From: the human T2T-CHM13v2.0 reference genome, Homo sapiens
Reading direction: 5' to 3' (one strand)
DNA: 64,000 nucleotides
Assembly: GCF_009914755.1 (NCBI RefSeq)
Contig: NC_060936.1
Part shown: positions 47,240-62,206 of the stretch, in pieces
Layout: each line of letters begins with the position of its first letter
How positions within the stretch are numbered: position 1 is the first letter of the stretch
Translations under genes and position numbers: made by a program
Notes under the pieces: generated by a model
The model's input: only the letters and a program-made list of their open reading frames with translations
What the model was told of the DNA's origin: nothing
The model's database searches: none

Positions 47240-47545
47240 GGCTGGGCGCGGTGGTTCACGCCTGTAATCCCAGCACTTTGGGAGGCCGAGGCGGGCGGAT
47301 CAGGAGGTCAGGAAATCGAGACCATGCTGGCTAACACGGTGAAACCCTGTCTCTACTAAAAATACAAAAAAATTAGCCAGGCGTTGTGGCACGCACCTGC
47401 GCCTGTGGTCCCAGCTACTCAGGAGGCTGAGGCAGGAGAATGGCGTGAACCTGGGAGGCAGAGCTTACAGTGAGCCGAGATCACGCTACTGCCCTCCAGC
47501 CCGGGAGACAGAGCAAGACTCCGTCTCAAAAAAAAAAATAAAAAA
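47240..47545 (+). repeat. AluY-like element
   Basis: Alu dimer with A tail. Confidence 0.93.
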
Positions 47546-48297
47546 GCATACCAGATTTCTGGATAAGGGGACAAAGGTTATAAGCAGAATCTTGCCTTTT
47601 CTTTTCTTTTTTTTTTTTTTGCATTTTTCAACTACATGCATGTATTTTCTCTTGAAAAATAAGTGGATAAACCCTAAATACAGTAAGATCATGATGATGG
47701 TAAGGTCAAGCATGGCCAGAGTCTCTCTGAGAGATACTTGGAATATATTTTGCTCTTTTAAACAAATCCAAACTTTATCTGCTTTTTGAGCCTTGTTCCA
47801 TAGGCATCTCCTCTATGAAACTGACTGAGGCTATCCTAATCATTATTATTTACATTATTTTTCAACCCATTTTGAGTATCCACTATGTGCAAGTCATCAT
47901 TTGGCACTTTATAAACTTATAAGGATAACGTAAACATAAATTTCCTTTCATAAATCTTGTAATCTGGATATGTAGAAAATATAAAAATTTTAATTTCTAT
48001 AATTTAAAATTGTTGTTCATACAATCTAGTGTGTGGTTTTATATTATTTACTTGTTTCAAATTTCTCTCTATGAAAATTATTTTTCTAAGCAAATTATAA
48101 TCTCTTTAGGCTAGGAGTTTGTCTCTGTCTTTCCTCCTCTGTGTCCAGCATTGACCTAGTCCTGTGGTCAGGAAATAGCAGGCCCTGAATGAATATTAGA
48201 GAATGATTGATTGATTGATATTGAGCTTGTGGCTTTTCCTATTTTTAAATTGTATATTGTTAAAGTAAAATAAATTATACTTTTTCTTTTTTAACAG

Positions 48298-48446
48298 GTG
48301 ATCATTTCAAACCAAGCATCAGCAACAATTAAAAATATTCACTTGGTATCTGTAGTTTAATAATGGACCAACATCAACATTTGAATAAAACAGCAGAGTC
48401 AGCATCTTCAGAGAAAAAGAAAACAAGACGCTGCAATGGATTCAAG
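48298..48446 (+). other. SLCO1B3: SLCO1B3 first coding exon (65 nt UTR + 84 nt CDS)
   Basis: Polypyrimidine tract and ttaacag| acceptor; donor AAG|GTAGAA. Confidence 0.93.
48363..48446 (+). CDS. SLCO1B3: Solute carrier organic anion transporter 1B3 (OATP1B3), codons 1-28; remaining exons lie beyond the window
   Basis: MDQHQHLNKTAESASSEKKKTRRCNGFK is the OATP1B3 N-terminus (OATP1B1 reads MDQNQHLNKTAEAQPS...); phase-0 donor. Confidence 0.96.
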
Positions 48447-48689
48447 GTAGAATGGGTTTTATATTTTCAAACTAAAATAAGTTAATGGAAAATTTTTATG
48501 TATAGAAAGGCCACTAATTGTCAAAAAGAACATTATATCTCATATTACAATTTTTCCATTGAAGCGTACATTAAAATATTAACAAAATAATCCCTATATT
48601 GATTTAAATCAGTTTTTAATCTGATTGAAGTTATTTCTTTGCTAGAATTTTTTGATGAATAAAGGTTTATTTATTTTTAACTTTTTAAT

Positions 48690-50220
48690 TTTTAATTTTT
48701 GTGGGTATGTAGTAGGTATGTATGTTTATGGGGTACATGAGATGATTTGGTACAGGCATGCAATGTGAAATAAGCAAATAATGAACAATGCGGCATCCAT
48801 TTCCTCAAGCATTTTTTCATTGAGTTGCACACCATCCAATTATACTTTATTTTAAAAGGTACAGTTAAGTAATTGACTATAGTCACCCTGTGGGCTATCA
48901 AATAGTAGGTCTTATTCATTCTTTTTAACTATTTTTTGTACCCATAAATCATCCCCATCTTCCTACCCCCACACCCCCATGACCCTTTCCAGCCTCTGGT
49001 AACCATCCTTCTGCTCACTGTGTCCATGAATTCAATTGTTTTGATGTTTAGATCCCACAAATAACTGAGAACATGCAATGTTTGTCTTTCTGTGCCTGGA
49101 TTATTTCAGTTAACATAATGATCTCCAGTTCATTTTGTTGCAAATGACTAGATTTCATTCTTTCTATAGCTGAATAGTACTCCATTGTGTATATGTCCCA
49201 CTTTTTTTTACGCATTCATCTGCTGATGCACACTTACATTGCTTCCATATCTTAGTTATTGTAAACAGTGCTGCAACAAACATGGAAGTACAGATAATCT
49301 TAGATATACGAATTCGCTTTCTTTTGGGTATATATCCAGCAGTGGGATTGCTGGATCACGTGGTAGCTCAATTTTTAGTTCCTTGAGGAACCTCCAGACT
49401 GTTCTTCATAGTGGTCCTACTAATTTTTATTGCTACCAACAGTGTACAAGGAATTCCTTTTACTCCACAACCTCACCAGCATTTGTTATTGCCTGTCTTT
49501 GGGATATAAGCCATTTTAACTGGGGGTGAGATAGCATCTCATTGTAGTATTGATTTGCATTTCTCTGATGATCACTGATGTTGAGCACTTCTTCCTATGC
49601 CTGTGTGCTATTTGTATGTCTTCTTTTGAGAAATGTATATTCAAATATTTTGCCTACCTTTTGATCGGATTATTAGATTTGGTCCTATAGAATTGTTTGA
49701 TCTACTTAGACATTCTGGTGATTAATTCCTTGACAGATGGGTAGTTTACAAATATTTTCTCCTACTCTGTGGGTTGTCTCTTCACTTTGTTGATTGTATC
49801 CTTTTCTATGCAGAAACATTTTAACTAGATGTGATCCTGTTTGTCAATTTTTCTTTGGTTGCCTGTGTTTCTGGGGTAAGAAATTTGCTCAAGAAATTTT
49901 TGCCCAGATGAACGTCCTGGAGAGTTTCCCCAATATCTTATTGAGGTAGTTTTATGGGTTGAGGTCTTTAGATTTAAGTCTTTAGTTCATTTTGATTCGT
50001 TTTTGTATATGGCTAGAAATAGGGGTCTAGTTTCATCCTAGCACCATTTATTGAAGTGACTGTCTTTTCCCCATTGAATGTTCCTGGCACCTTTGTCAAG
50101 AATAAGCTCACTGTAGGTGTGTGGATTTGTTTCTGGGTTCTCTATTCTGATTCATTGGTCTATGTGTCTGTTTATATGCCAGTACCATGCTGTTTTGGTT
50201 ACTATAACTCTATAGTATAA
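48690..50220 (-). mobile_element. L1MA1-like 3' portion
   Basis: tgtgggtatgtagtagg...caggcatgcaatgtgaaataagc; related to the element at 16985. Confidence 0.82.
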
Positions 50221-50512
<292 letters not shown>

Positions 50513-53500
50513 ACTCTGTAGTCACTCTTCTAGAGTGGCAGTTTGGGGATAGCACCAGGAGATATCAGCTGTGATGGCTTGGAGAAACGGTGTAAACCAG
50601 CAGTGTAAACAAGAGCAGGGCATGTATGAGTAGTTGAGAACGGTGAATAGGAGTATGACTAGACAGAAGATAGTAGGGATGACAAGTTTTTTTGGGGCAC
50701 AGTCTAAGTTGGTCTGGTGTCTGGAATGAGACTGGGGCCTAATAAAAAGGAGCGTCTATACAGGAGCTTAAATGGGCTGTACCTTGTAGCATTCTGAGGA
50801 CAGGTCTGACTTCTGAGAAGGGAAAGTGGTAAAAGTAGTGTCCAGTCCTTTTTAAGTTGGTGGCTGAGCTTGGTGAGGTGTGTTTTTAATAGACTATTAG
50901 TTTGTCACTGGATACTAAGAGCCTAAAAAAATGCTTGACTGATTTGACTAATAAGGGCTGGTCTTTTATCAGACTGTATAGAGGTGGGAAGGCTAAACTG
51001 AGGAATTATGTCTGACAGAAGGGAAGAAATGACTGCAGTGGCCTTCTCAGACCCTATAGGAAAGGCCTCTACCTATCTAGTGAAAGTGTCTACTTAGACA
51101 AAGAGGTATTTTAGTTTTTGGGACTCGGGGTATGTTGAGTAAAGCTAATTTGCCAGTCCTGGGTGGGGGCAAATCCTCGAGCTTGTTGTGTAGGGAAGGG
51201 GCCTGAATAATCCTTGAGGAGTAGCAGATGGAATAGCAGATGGAACACTAAGAAGTTATTTCCTTGAGGATAGATTTCTACGATGGAAAGGAAATGAAAG
51301 GTTCTAAGAGGCGGGCTAGTGGCTTGTACTATAGCATAGCCTGCCTTTGCTGGTGTGTGGTGATTAGGCCTGGTGGAACTGCCATCAATAAATCAAGCGT
51401 GATCAGGGTGAGAAACAGGGACGAAGGAAATGTGGGGAAATGGGATGAACATCAGGTGGATCAGAGAGATGCAGTCATGAGGGTCAGGTGTGGTGTCTGG
51501 AATAATGTGGGAGGCTGGATTGAAGTCCGGGCCAGGAACAATGGTAATTGTGGGACTTAACAAAGAGTGAGTACAGCTGAAGGAGCCAGGGAGCAGAAAG
51601 TATATGCGTCAGGTATGAGGAAGAAAATAGATTTTGGAAGTTATGAGAAATGTAGAGAGTGAGTTGAGCATAGTTTGTGATTTTGAGGGCCTCTAAAAGT
51701 ACTAAAGCAGCGGCAGCCGCTGCACGCGGACATGAGGGCTAGGCTAAAATAGTAAGGTCAAGTTGTTTGGACAGAAAGGCTACAGGGTGCGGTCCTGGCT
51801 CTTGTGTAAGAATTCTGACCACATTAACCATGCCTAGGAAGGAAAGGAGTTGTTGTTTTGTAAGGGATTGAGGTTTGGGAGATTAATCGGACACGATCAT
51901 CAGGGAGAGCATGTGTGTTTTTACGAGAATTATGCCGAGATAGGTAACAGATGAGGATGAAATTTGCGCTTGACTGAAGTAATGGGGTCTGTCTGTGAAG
52001 CCTTGTGGCAGTGCAGCCCAGGTAATTTGCTGAGCCTGATGGGTGTCAGGGTCAGTCCAAGTGAAAGCGAAGAGAGGCTTGGATGACTGGTGCAAAAGAA
52101 TAGTAAAGAAAGCATGTTTGAGATCCAGAACAGAATAATGGATTGTGGAGGGAGGTATTGAGGATAGTAGAGTATATGGGTTTGGTACCATGAGGTGGAT
52201 AGGCAAAACAATTTGGTTGATAAGGCATAGATCCTGAGCTAACTTGTAAGGCTTGTCTGGTTTTAGGACAGGTAAAATGGGGGAATTGTAAGGAGAGTTT
52301 ATAGGCTTTAAAAGGCCATGCTGTAGCAGGCGAGTGATAACAGGCTTTAATCCTTTCAAAGCATGCTGTAATGGGATATTGGCACTGAGTGGGGTAAGGG
52401 TGATTAGGTTTTAATGAGATGATAAGGGGTGCATGATCGGTCACCAAGGAGGGAGTAGAGGTATCTTATACTTGTGGGTTAAGGTGGGGGAATACAAGAA
52501 GAGGATGCAAAGGAGGCTTTGGATTGGGAAGAAGGGCAGCAATGAGATGCGGCTGTAGTCCAGGAATAGTCAGGGAAGCAGATAATTTGGTTAAAATATC
52601 TCGGCCTAATAAGGGAACTGGGCAGGTGGGGATAACTAAAAAAGAGTGCATAAAAGAGTATTGTCTAAGTTGGCACCAGAGTTGGGGAGTTTTAAGAGGT
52701 TTAGAAGCCTGGCTGTCAATACCCACAACAGTTATGGAGGCAAGGGAAACAGGCCCTTGAAAAGAAGGTAATGTGGAGTGGGTAGCCTCCATATTGATTA
52801 AGAAGGGGACGGACTTACCCTCCACTGTGAGAGTTACCTAAAGCTCGGCGTCCGTGATGGTCTATGGGGCTTCTGAGGTGATCAGGCAGCATCAGTCTTC
52901 AGCCGCTACGCCAAGAAGGAGTCAGTCAGAGAGCCTTGGGCCAGAGTTCCAGGGGCTCTGGGAGTGGCTGCCAGGTGAGTTGAACAGTCCAATTTCCACT
53001 GGGGTCCCACACAGATGGGACACGGCTTAGGAGGAATCCTGGGCTGCGGGCATTACTTGGCCTGGTGGTCAGATTTCTGGCACTTGTAGCAAGCTCCTGG
53101 GGGAGGAGGTTCTGGAGGAATGCCTGGCCACTGAGGTTCAGGCGTTTGGAAGTTCTTGTGTGCTAGAGATGTGGCTGGGGTTTGTCTCACAGTGGAGGCA
53201 AGGAATTGCAACTTTGTTTTATTACTGTACACCTTGAAAGTGAGGTTAATTAAGTCCTGTTATGGGGTTTGAGGGCCAGATTCCAATTTTTGGGGTTTTA
53301 TTTAATGTCGGGAGCAGATTGGGTAATAAAATGTATATTGAGAATAAGATGGCCTTTTGACCTTTTAGGGTCTAGGGCTGTAAAGCATCTCAGGGTTGCT
53401 GCCGAATGAGCCATGAACTGGCTGGGTTTTTATATTTGATGAAAAAGAGCCTAAACGCTTCTGATTTGGGATAAAGAAAAAGGAGCATTAACCTTGACTA

Positions 53501-54787
53501 TGCCTTTGGCTCCAGCCACCTTTTTAAGAGTAAATTGCTGGGCAGGTTGGGGAGGGGTAGTCATGGAACAAAACTGTAAGCCGGATCAGGTGTGAGGAGG
53601 GGAGGCGATAAAAAGTTTATAGGGTGGAGGAGCAGAGGCTGAGGAAGAATTGGGAACTAGCTCGGCCTGGCGAGGAGGGGAGAGGTCAGATGGGTCTGTA
53701 GAAAAGGAAGATTAGAAAGACTCAGCGACGCTTGGGGTTGGGCCTGAGGGGACAGGCGGGAGGGAAAGAAGGAAGATTTGGGATGAATTGCATTGGGCAG
53801 AGACTAGGAAGGGACTGATGTGTAAAAGAATGCCTGGACATCAGGCACCTCAGACCATTTGCCCGTTTTACGACAAGAATTATTTAGGTCTTGTAGGATG
53901 GAAAAATTGAAAGTGCTGTTTTTCTGGCAATTTGTAACTACTGTCGAGTTTGTACTGGGGTCAAGCGGCATTGCAGAAGAAAAAAGACGCTTAGATTTTA
54001 GGTCAGGTGAGAGTTGAAGAGGTTTTAAGTTCTTAAGAATACAGGCTAAGGGAGAAGAAGGAGGAATGGAAGGTGGAAGCTAGCCCATAGTGAAGGAGGC
54101 AAGCCCAGAGAAAAGAGTAGAGACACGGAGAAGTGATGGGGGTTTCTTGCCCTCCAGAAAAGCAGAGAAAGGGTTGGGGCACGGAAATAAGGGATTGGGG
54201 GTTCTTGCCCCCTAGAAAAGCGGGACTTGCCACTAAGGGTGAAGGAGAAGGGGTTGAGGGGTACTTGCCCCTCCCCCAGAAAAGCAGAGAAGGGGTAGAG
54301 ACATGGAGAGAAGGGGTTGGGGTACTTGCCCCTCCCCCAGAAAAGCGGGACTTGCGGCTAAGGGTGAAGGACCAAGGCAGGCATCCCTGCGTGGTCTGAC
54401 ACCTTTGAAATGTGGGTGAATAATCAGAGAGGCATCCCTGCAATGATTAAACACCAAGGGAAGGCTGCCTTCCCAGTCCGTGACCGGCACCGGAGTTTTG
54501 GGTCCACGGATAAAACATGTCTCCTTTGTCTCTATCCGAAAATGAAAGGAATTGAAATTAAGAGAAGGGAGAGATTGAAGTGTGGTGTCAAGTTTGAAAG
54601 GAGAAAGAGGTTGAGGGATAGTGAAGGAAGTTGGAGAAGAGAGTAAAAAGAGGCCGCTTACCGGATTTGAAATTGGTGAGATGTTTCTTGGGCTGGTCGG
54701 TCTGAGGACCTGAGGTCGTAGATGGATCTTTCTCACGGAGCAAAGAGCAGGAGGATGGGGGATTGATCTCCCAAGGGAGGTCCCCCG

Positions 54788-54805
54788 ATCCGAGTCACGG
54801 CACCA
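54788..54805 (-). promoter_or_regulatory. HERV-H primer binding site (tRNA-His)
   Basis: TGGTGCCGTGACTCGGAT, perfect match. Confidence 0.93.
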
Positions 54806-54807
54806 AA

Positions 54808-55240
54808 TTTCATGTGTGTCCGTGTGAAGAGACCACCAAACAGGCTTTGTGTGAGCAATAAAGCTGTTTATTTCACCTGGATGCGGTTGGGCTGAATCCG
54901 AAAAGAGAGTCAGTGAAGGGAGATAAGGGTGGGGCCGTTTTATAGGATTTGGGAAGGTAAAGGAAAATTACAGTCAAAGGGGGTTGTTCTCTGGTGGGCA
55001 GGGGCGGGGGTCACAAGGTGCTCGGTGGGGGAGCTTCTGAGCCAGGAGAAGGAAATTCAAAGGGTTAGTCACTCAGTTAAGGTGGGGCAGGAACAAGTCA
55101 CAATGGTGGAATGTCATCAGTTAAGGCGGGGCAGGGCCTTTCACTTCTTTTGTGATTCTTCAGTTACTTCAGGCCATCTCGGCGTATACGTGCAAGTCAC
55201 AGGGGATGGGATGGCTTGGCTTGGGCTCAGAGACCTGACA
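54808..55240 (-). mobile_element. LTR7-family 5' LTR (LTR7Y/B-type U3)
   Basis: TGTCAGGTCTCTGAGCCC...CATGAAA; U3 has ccaccattgtgacttgttcctgccccacc rather than the second CACAAAAGAAG block. Confidence 0.9.
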
Positions 55241-55296
55241 GTGGCAATGTATGGCCACGTTACTGAATCTACATGTTGCAAGAGAAAAACTAGCAG
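55170..55296 (+). other. SLCO1B3: Cancer-type SLCO1B3 alternative first exon (start approximate)
   Basis: Strong donor CAG|GTAAGG; TTGGCTTGGGCTCAGAGA...AAACTAGCAG matches my recall of the Ct-OATP1B3 exon, which splices to the Met29 exon. Confidence 0.8.
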
Positions 55297-58136
55297 GTAA
55301 GGGAATGGTCAGTTATTTATTTGTCTTGTGCTCAGTAAATCGGCACTTTACACAATATAAGGTGAACATAGACTAGCTACCTGTGGAAATATTTAACCTT
55401 TTATCTGTAGCTATCTGCTTAAGGAAGGGCATCTTTTTGCAGAACTCAGCTTTTAGCTTAATTTTGTTTCTTATGTCATAGTGAATTGGGGTCTCAAGTT
55501 TTTATTTTCCTTTCATACCCCTGCCTTTTTCCTTTTAAAATCTTTTGAAGAAAGCATTTTAGAAGAAAATTACTCCCTGGTCTTGAATTTTGTCTGATCT
55601 CGCATGGCTGTGATGTTTTATTCCTAGACCAATAGATCCCACATTATTAGGAATGCTCATTTTTAGCAGGTTGTGAAATCTTATGTCCTGCAAAGAAAAA
55701 AATAGGAGGAGGAAGAGAGACAAACACACAGTAGAAGGAACAATCCTGGAAAACTGATATAGGCCATATCACTCTGAAGTGTGTTGTCAGTAGGCACATA
55801 TGAAAATGTTTCGTGTGTATAAATCGGTTTCTGTTATTTTCTTCTGAAGTTTAAGTTGTCTAGTTTGCATCCCCATGGCTTAAGAAAATCACAGCTTAAT
55901 ATTTAGTAATTTCAAATTGGACAATAGGGGGAAAAGGAAAATGAAAGGAAAGGAGAAAAGAAAGAAAAAATTGAAAACATTATTTGGAGACTTGTAGTCA
56001 GGAAAAATTTTAGACTTTATTTCATATTGTAGAAAATAATAAAAACTGATAAACCTTAGGCAAGAGTAGAATCAAACAACAGGTACTATAATTTATAGAA
56101 GCATAATTTTTCTCTCTTCAATTCCCCAGTTTTATTAAACAGAAAATCATAGTAGGACCAATTTATTGGTAAAATAAATTTTAGTACTTTTACACTTGGT
56201 TTAATTATTTGTATAAAGTGCAACAAGAATAATCATTTGCCATATAGGAGCTCTCTCTCTTTTTGTGAATTGGCTTTGCTGGATCTTTTTGCACTACGAA
56301 TGTAAGATTAGACGTTTGTGAATGCCTGAAGCCTAGCCAAGGATTTATCTGTGCCTGCAGATACATATGTGAATTGGGTGAATTCTTCTCTTTCTGAGGT
56401 CTTAAGAAAGCTTGGAGTTCCTGGACCAGTCAAAAAGTGACATTCTTTACTTACCACAGGTCATGACCCTGTAAAGGATAAGATATGGGGCTAGTTTTTC
56501 CAAGGGGCTTCTATTGGCTCTGTAGGTCAGCCTCCTTTTCTCAAGGCAATCGGAAAATGTCATTCCAGTCAAGGACTTAGTAAAATAACGAGTGTCTCGA
56601 ATTACGTCCTGTGATAAAAGAAAATATATTCTTATTAAACTTATGCAAATAATTATATTGCCATAAATTGAGAATACTCTCAAAATAGTTTTCAAATTTT
56701 GGAGAAATTAGGTTGAGAGAAAGGAATTATATTTTTAATTTTGCTCATAAGAACAAATTTTACTGAATTTACTAAATTCACTTTATTAAATTGTTAAAGC
56801 TGTAAATAGCTTAAAAGGAAAGTTTTCTTGACTCTGAAAAATAAAACCAATCAGCAAATGTTTTAAACAAAATCTTATACAAGATTATTTCAGTCTTCTA
56901 TTAGTTTGGTCCATGCAATTAACTCCATGTTCTGCTCAATATTGGATCAGCAAGACTTATTAATACATGAGCTCTCCATGAAAGGCCTGGACATTTTCCT
57001 ATCTATTCCAATGATGCTATATCTAAATTTATCAAAAACTTATTTTTTAGGAGTACTCCTCAGAGTTCAATAGCATATTACAAACTGTCCTATAAAAGGA
57101 TTAAAGTAAAACAACAATTGTGAATGACAAAAATCTTAGAACAGCCATGGTTAAAGACACCATTGACAAGTAAATTTGGTTTCTTCTGTGGCATACAGCA
57201 ATTTTCCATAATAATCATAATTACTACTGACAACATCTACTAAGACATATTAGAATCACAGGAATTGCATATATTTTTGGAACACATAATAATAACACAT
57301 TCACATAAATATAATATAATCCAAAGAAGGTTAAATGTCATTGTTTATTTGACAGTGCTTCCTGTGTGACTTTACTATACCAAATAAGTCAAATATGTCT
57401 CTTTTGGACTTCCGGTGACCTATTATTAATAAATATATGAAGTCAAAGTACTAATTTTACAATTTAATTTTGGAAAGTCTGTCAAATGTCAGAAGTTTAA
57501 AATACTTAATATGATAATATAGGCTCATAGGTCATTGTAAAAGAAATCATTCATTTAGTCAAAGTGATAACTCAAAGTTTTTTTAAAAAAGGCAAAAATC
57601 TTTATTTTTTGAGAGAGGAGACTTAATTTCCCAAACAATGAGCCCTAAGAGAGACTGCATGAGGCCAATTAAATCTGTCTCTCAAATCTTATAAACAAAT
57701 CTATTAAATTTTAATCATTTTGACCATAAGCTATAATTTCCATAAACCTTTAAATAACCTTTTAATGTTTTTTTAAATTAAAAAGTGGGTTAATGCTATA
57801 AGAACCTTGTTTATCTAACGCAGGGGCCCTGATGCTGGTCTTTCATCAAACTATAATATTAATGTGTAATTTATATGGAAACTCTGAACTAAGTTTATCT
57901 CTCAAAATTGGCCCTTATAATTTCACAGACGCATGTCTTCTGTGACAGTCCCTGGGATTAGAGGGGTTCAGCAGTTTTAATTTCTGGCACTGTGTCTCAT
58001 GAATGCAGTTTATTTTGATTATCATCTTTTCCTGGGTCTGAAGATGAGGGTTTGACTGGTGTTACGGTTTAAGATTTAGCAGGACTTGGTGTGCTTTTTA
58101 GACCCCGAAGTAAAAGCCCTTTAATTTAACAGAATA

Positions 58137-58466
<330 letters not shown>

Positions 58467-60133
58467 TTAATAGAATTAGGACTTTAAAAGCAACACAGAA
58501 AGTAAAATGGACATGATAACCTTAATTTTTAAAATCTGTAAATCTCAATTTTTCTAAGCAAATAAAAACTTAATAAGAATAACGAATTATTTTGATAAAT
58601 GTAAAATCTGTTAGACAAGTTAACAAAAAGAATAAAAAAGATCTTCTATATTATGTTTGCTTTTTCCTATGAGGAGTACATTTAAATAACATGCAATCAA
58701 AACTAATGTAAACCGTACTTGAATTAGTTAGATATAGAAAGAGTGTGTTCCGGGTGATAAATGAAAATTCTTGGTTTCATAGAACAATTAAAGCCAAGAG
58801 CACAGAGGGTTATGTTAGAAGAAAACATTTTATTTAGACCTTTAAGGTAAAACTTTTTTTTTTATAATGTCAGGCCACAATAGCAGAACCTGAGGGAAAA
58901 AAATTACAGAAGCTATTGACAAAGTTGAAGGAGAAAGTTATTATCTCAATCCTTCTCAAAGGGAAGAGAAAGCTGAAAGCAGTGGGACACAATAAAAGTT
59001 GAACTTTTGGGTTAAAAAATTAAAATCTCTTGTAATTTTATTAAGAGTGAATCAATACCTTAAGAAAATGTTGTTCTAACCAATTCTTTAGTGAATTAAT
59101 TCTTTTTTAATATCAAGTCTCAATCTCTGGAATGACTATTATAAATAATTTCCCTTTAATTATAGCAAACTTGATCACTTTTTTTTTTACTCATAAATCC
59201 TCTTCTTACAAACCTTATTACAATTTATACAAATCATGTATGATATGCTTGGACTTTCTGTGTTATCCTAAAGGTACCTCTTTCTTAAATAACCAGTCAT
59301 TTTAGAAAAAAAAAAATTAATCACACAAGATTCTTTCTCATATAAAATTATTTTCCCTTCAGCTTTTCTTACCAAAAATACCTCTTTATACCTACAACTT
59401 TCTGTGTATCTCTCTTATATACTAGTTTCTTTCACTTTGTTTCATAAACTTTAGCCTTTGTATTAGACAAAAATTATTTTCCTTTAAATAAGAACATATT
59501 TTTTAGAAAAATGTCTCCCTATATTTTTTTAAATTGGAAATAACCCAGATACTTAATGTAACATAACTTTAGATTATAAATGGTCATCATTTAAAGTTAT
59601 TTGTCTGTTAATCATTTTTATAGCCTGTGATTTCAGATGTTTACCTAAGAACCTTAAGGTTAAATAACTTTTTTCTTGTTGTTGTTTTGCCAATAACTCA
59701 AAAGTTAGCTGTTTTATTAAGCCAACAATTTTCAATGCATTATTTTTACAAAAATTACACAAAGATGACCATGTTTTGGGTTATAAGCTTTATAACCCTC
59801 ATGCCAAATTTGGACACCTTATAATATTTAGCAGGGATAAATATTAAACTGCTTGATCAAGAAATCTAAACAATAATGTGAATTGACAATTCTAAAGACA
59901 TTTCTAATTTTATTTTACCAGCAATTAAAACACACTTATTTATTAAGGATTTTCTTAAGTCACATGAACTTGAAAAAGCATTTGGGCTTTTCTGTCTTCT
60001 GTTTTTCTGATAAAGTATTTGATTTAAATGCTTTTGTAAATCCAATTAATTACAGCTCCTTTATATATTTTTAGTAGTGAAACGTACATGACACATAAAT
60101 ACGTAGACTTATTAGTCATGAAGATAAAAGTAG

Positions 60134-60490
<357 letters not shown>

Positions 60491-61254
60491 CTCCAATTTC
60501 TTATGACCTGTTTAACTAGATAGCCCTAAATTTGCATACTAAAGGAACAACTCTTAGGTGAAAATCAGATAGCAAAATTTACATCTCAAGGTACAGAGAG
60601 AGAGTGGTGTGCTAGAGGGAGATTAAAAATGGATACCAAGTCAAACATGAAATTGTAGAAATCTACCTTATGATTGTATAGAAGACCAATTTTATTTAGA
60701 TAGGTAGTTTTAAATTTAGTCTCTATCTTTTAATTGGATCTCTGAGCTCTTTGCACAAAGCTCCACTGAATCCTAGGTCTCCAAAAGGAAAGAGATTCAT
60801 GAGACTAGGACATGTAATGCTTTTACGGTGCACTTGGCTACAAAGACATTTCTCTAAGTGTCTAAACCACACCCTTTTGTATCTTAAACACCCATGAATA
60901 GCACCTGTTGTAAGAACTATTTTAGTAAAAAAAAAAAAAAAGGTAACACAATACAAAAACAGGCATTAAGAACTGAGAAACTTGTCTGATTGCACTCTTG
61001 GGGTTCCATAAGGAAAAACAGAGATTTCTCCCCAAAAAGGAGTCTGGGAGGAAACCTGTATTTTCTTAAGGAATCCCAGGCTGTTAGAAATGATTTTAGG
61101 TCCCTCACACAGTGGAGGGTGGCAAGAAGAAGGAAAGACATGTAGAAGTAAATGAATGAAACAGTCAACTGAGCTGTTTCTTCTCAGCCAACTGAGAAGA
61201 AAAAAGAATTTTTTCTCAAAAAACAAGATCCTAGGAGAGAAAGAAAGCATAAAG

Positions 61255-61299
61255 GCACACACACAGATACACACACACACACACACACTCACACACACA
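61255..61299. repeat. (CA)n microsatellite, interrupted
   Basis: cacacacacagatacacacacacacacacacactcacacacac. Confidence 0.9.
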
Positions 61300-62206
61300 T
61301 CTTGGATATTAGCTTTTAATTAAGCTGATTTTTAACCATGGAACTAAATACATCCTTTTAAATTTCATTACCATATTTTAGCTGTGACAAACTGCTGATA
61401 TTTCAAAAGTAACACAACTATTAACCCAGAAAAGATTGGATTTAGGAACCAAACCCAGGCTGTCATGGTGAAAAAAGGGCAGAATCTTAGCTACTGAACT
61501 ACAGCATGGGGTAACTACCATTGCTCTGTCCTCTTGGCTTGGCTAGGAATAAATGGCCCTGTTATGTACATAAAAGCCCCTCAGGTAATTTTTTCCTTTT
61601 GCTGGTTGTTTTTTAATTTTTCTTTCCTTTTACAGAGGCAGGAATTTAATCAACTCAGTAGCCTTTTTCCCCATAATTTGGAACTTTTCTTTGGCTTTGA
61701 CCATGTTGAGTAGAGTTGGTCAAACCTAACGGGAAAAAGACTGAAACAACAAAAACAAACAAACAAAAACCAGTTAAGTCAAACAAACAGACAATTGTAC
61801 AATTTATAGGATCGCTGAGTGATCTAATCGTACGGAGAAATTAAGGCCAGCTAGTTGCTAATCTTAACTTTTAGTAATTAAGGAGAATTTCCAAGACAAA
61901 AACTACAATTCAGCTACTGCCTAGGAATGGGGCCCAGGCTGAACACTGCTCTCTACCATCCTAGAAGCAGGGAAAACTCAAACTCACCTTCCCTGCGGGA
62001 AGTGGGCTGAAACTTCAGAAAGGAGTTGTTGGTCTCCTTCATCATCATGGAGCAGGAAAACTCCCCTTCTTTGTTTGAAGCAAGTGAAACTCCAGAAAAG
62101 GTGTTGCACAACAAAATAAATCTTAGATCTTAACCAAATTTTGAGAGATCAGGCATTCTCTCTGCAGTGGGAGCCCCCTGACCTTGGCAAAATGTGCAAT
62201 TGGTTT

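Larger units (their letters stand above)
50532..55240 (-). mobile_element. HERV-H provirus (deleted, non-autonomous type) with 5' LTR only
   Basis: LTR, His PBS, leader repeats, pro ORF 52466-52825, RT ORF 51883-52359 lacking YXDD, integrase remnant; homology to the first copy stops at ...ctgccactct. Confidence 0.93.

Noticed and set aside
54100-54375. Tandem ~60-bp repeats; also ERV9 leader repeats at 14260-14570 and 15415-15510
   Set aside because: Ordinary leader-region repeats of these ERV families
54788-54805. tRNA gene fragments (also 15514-15531)
   Set aside because: 18-nt retroviral primer binding sites only
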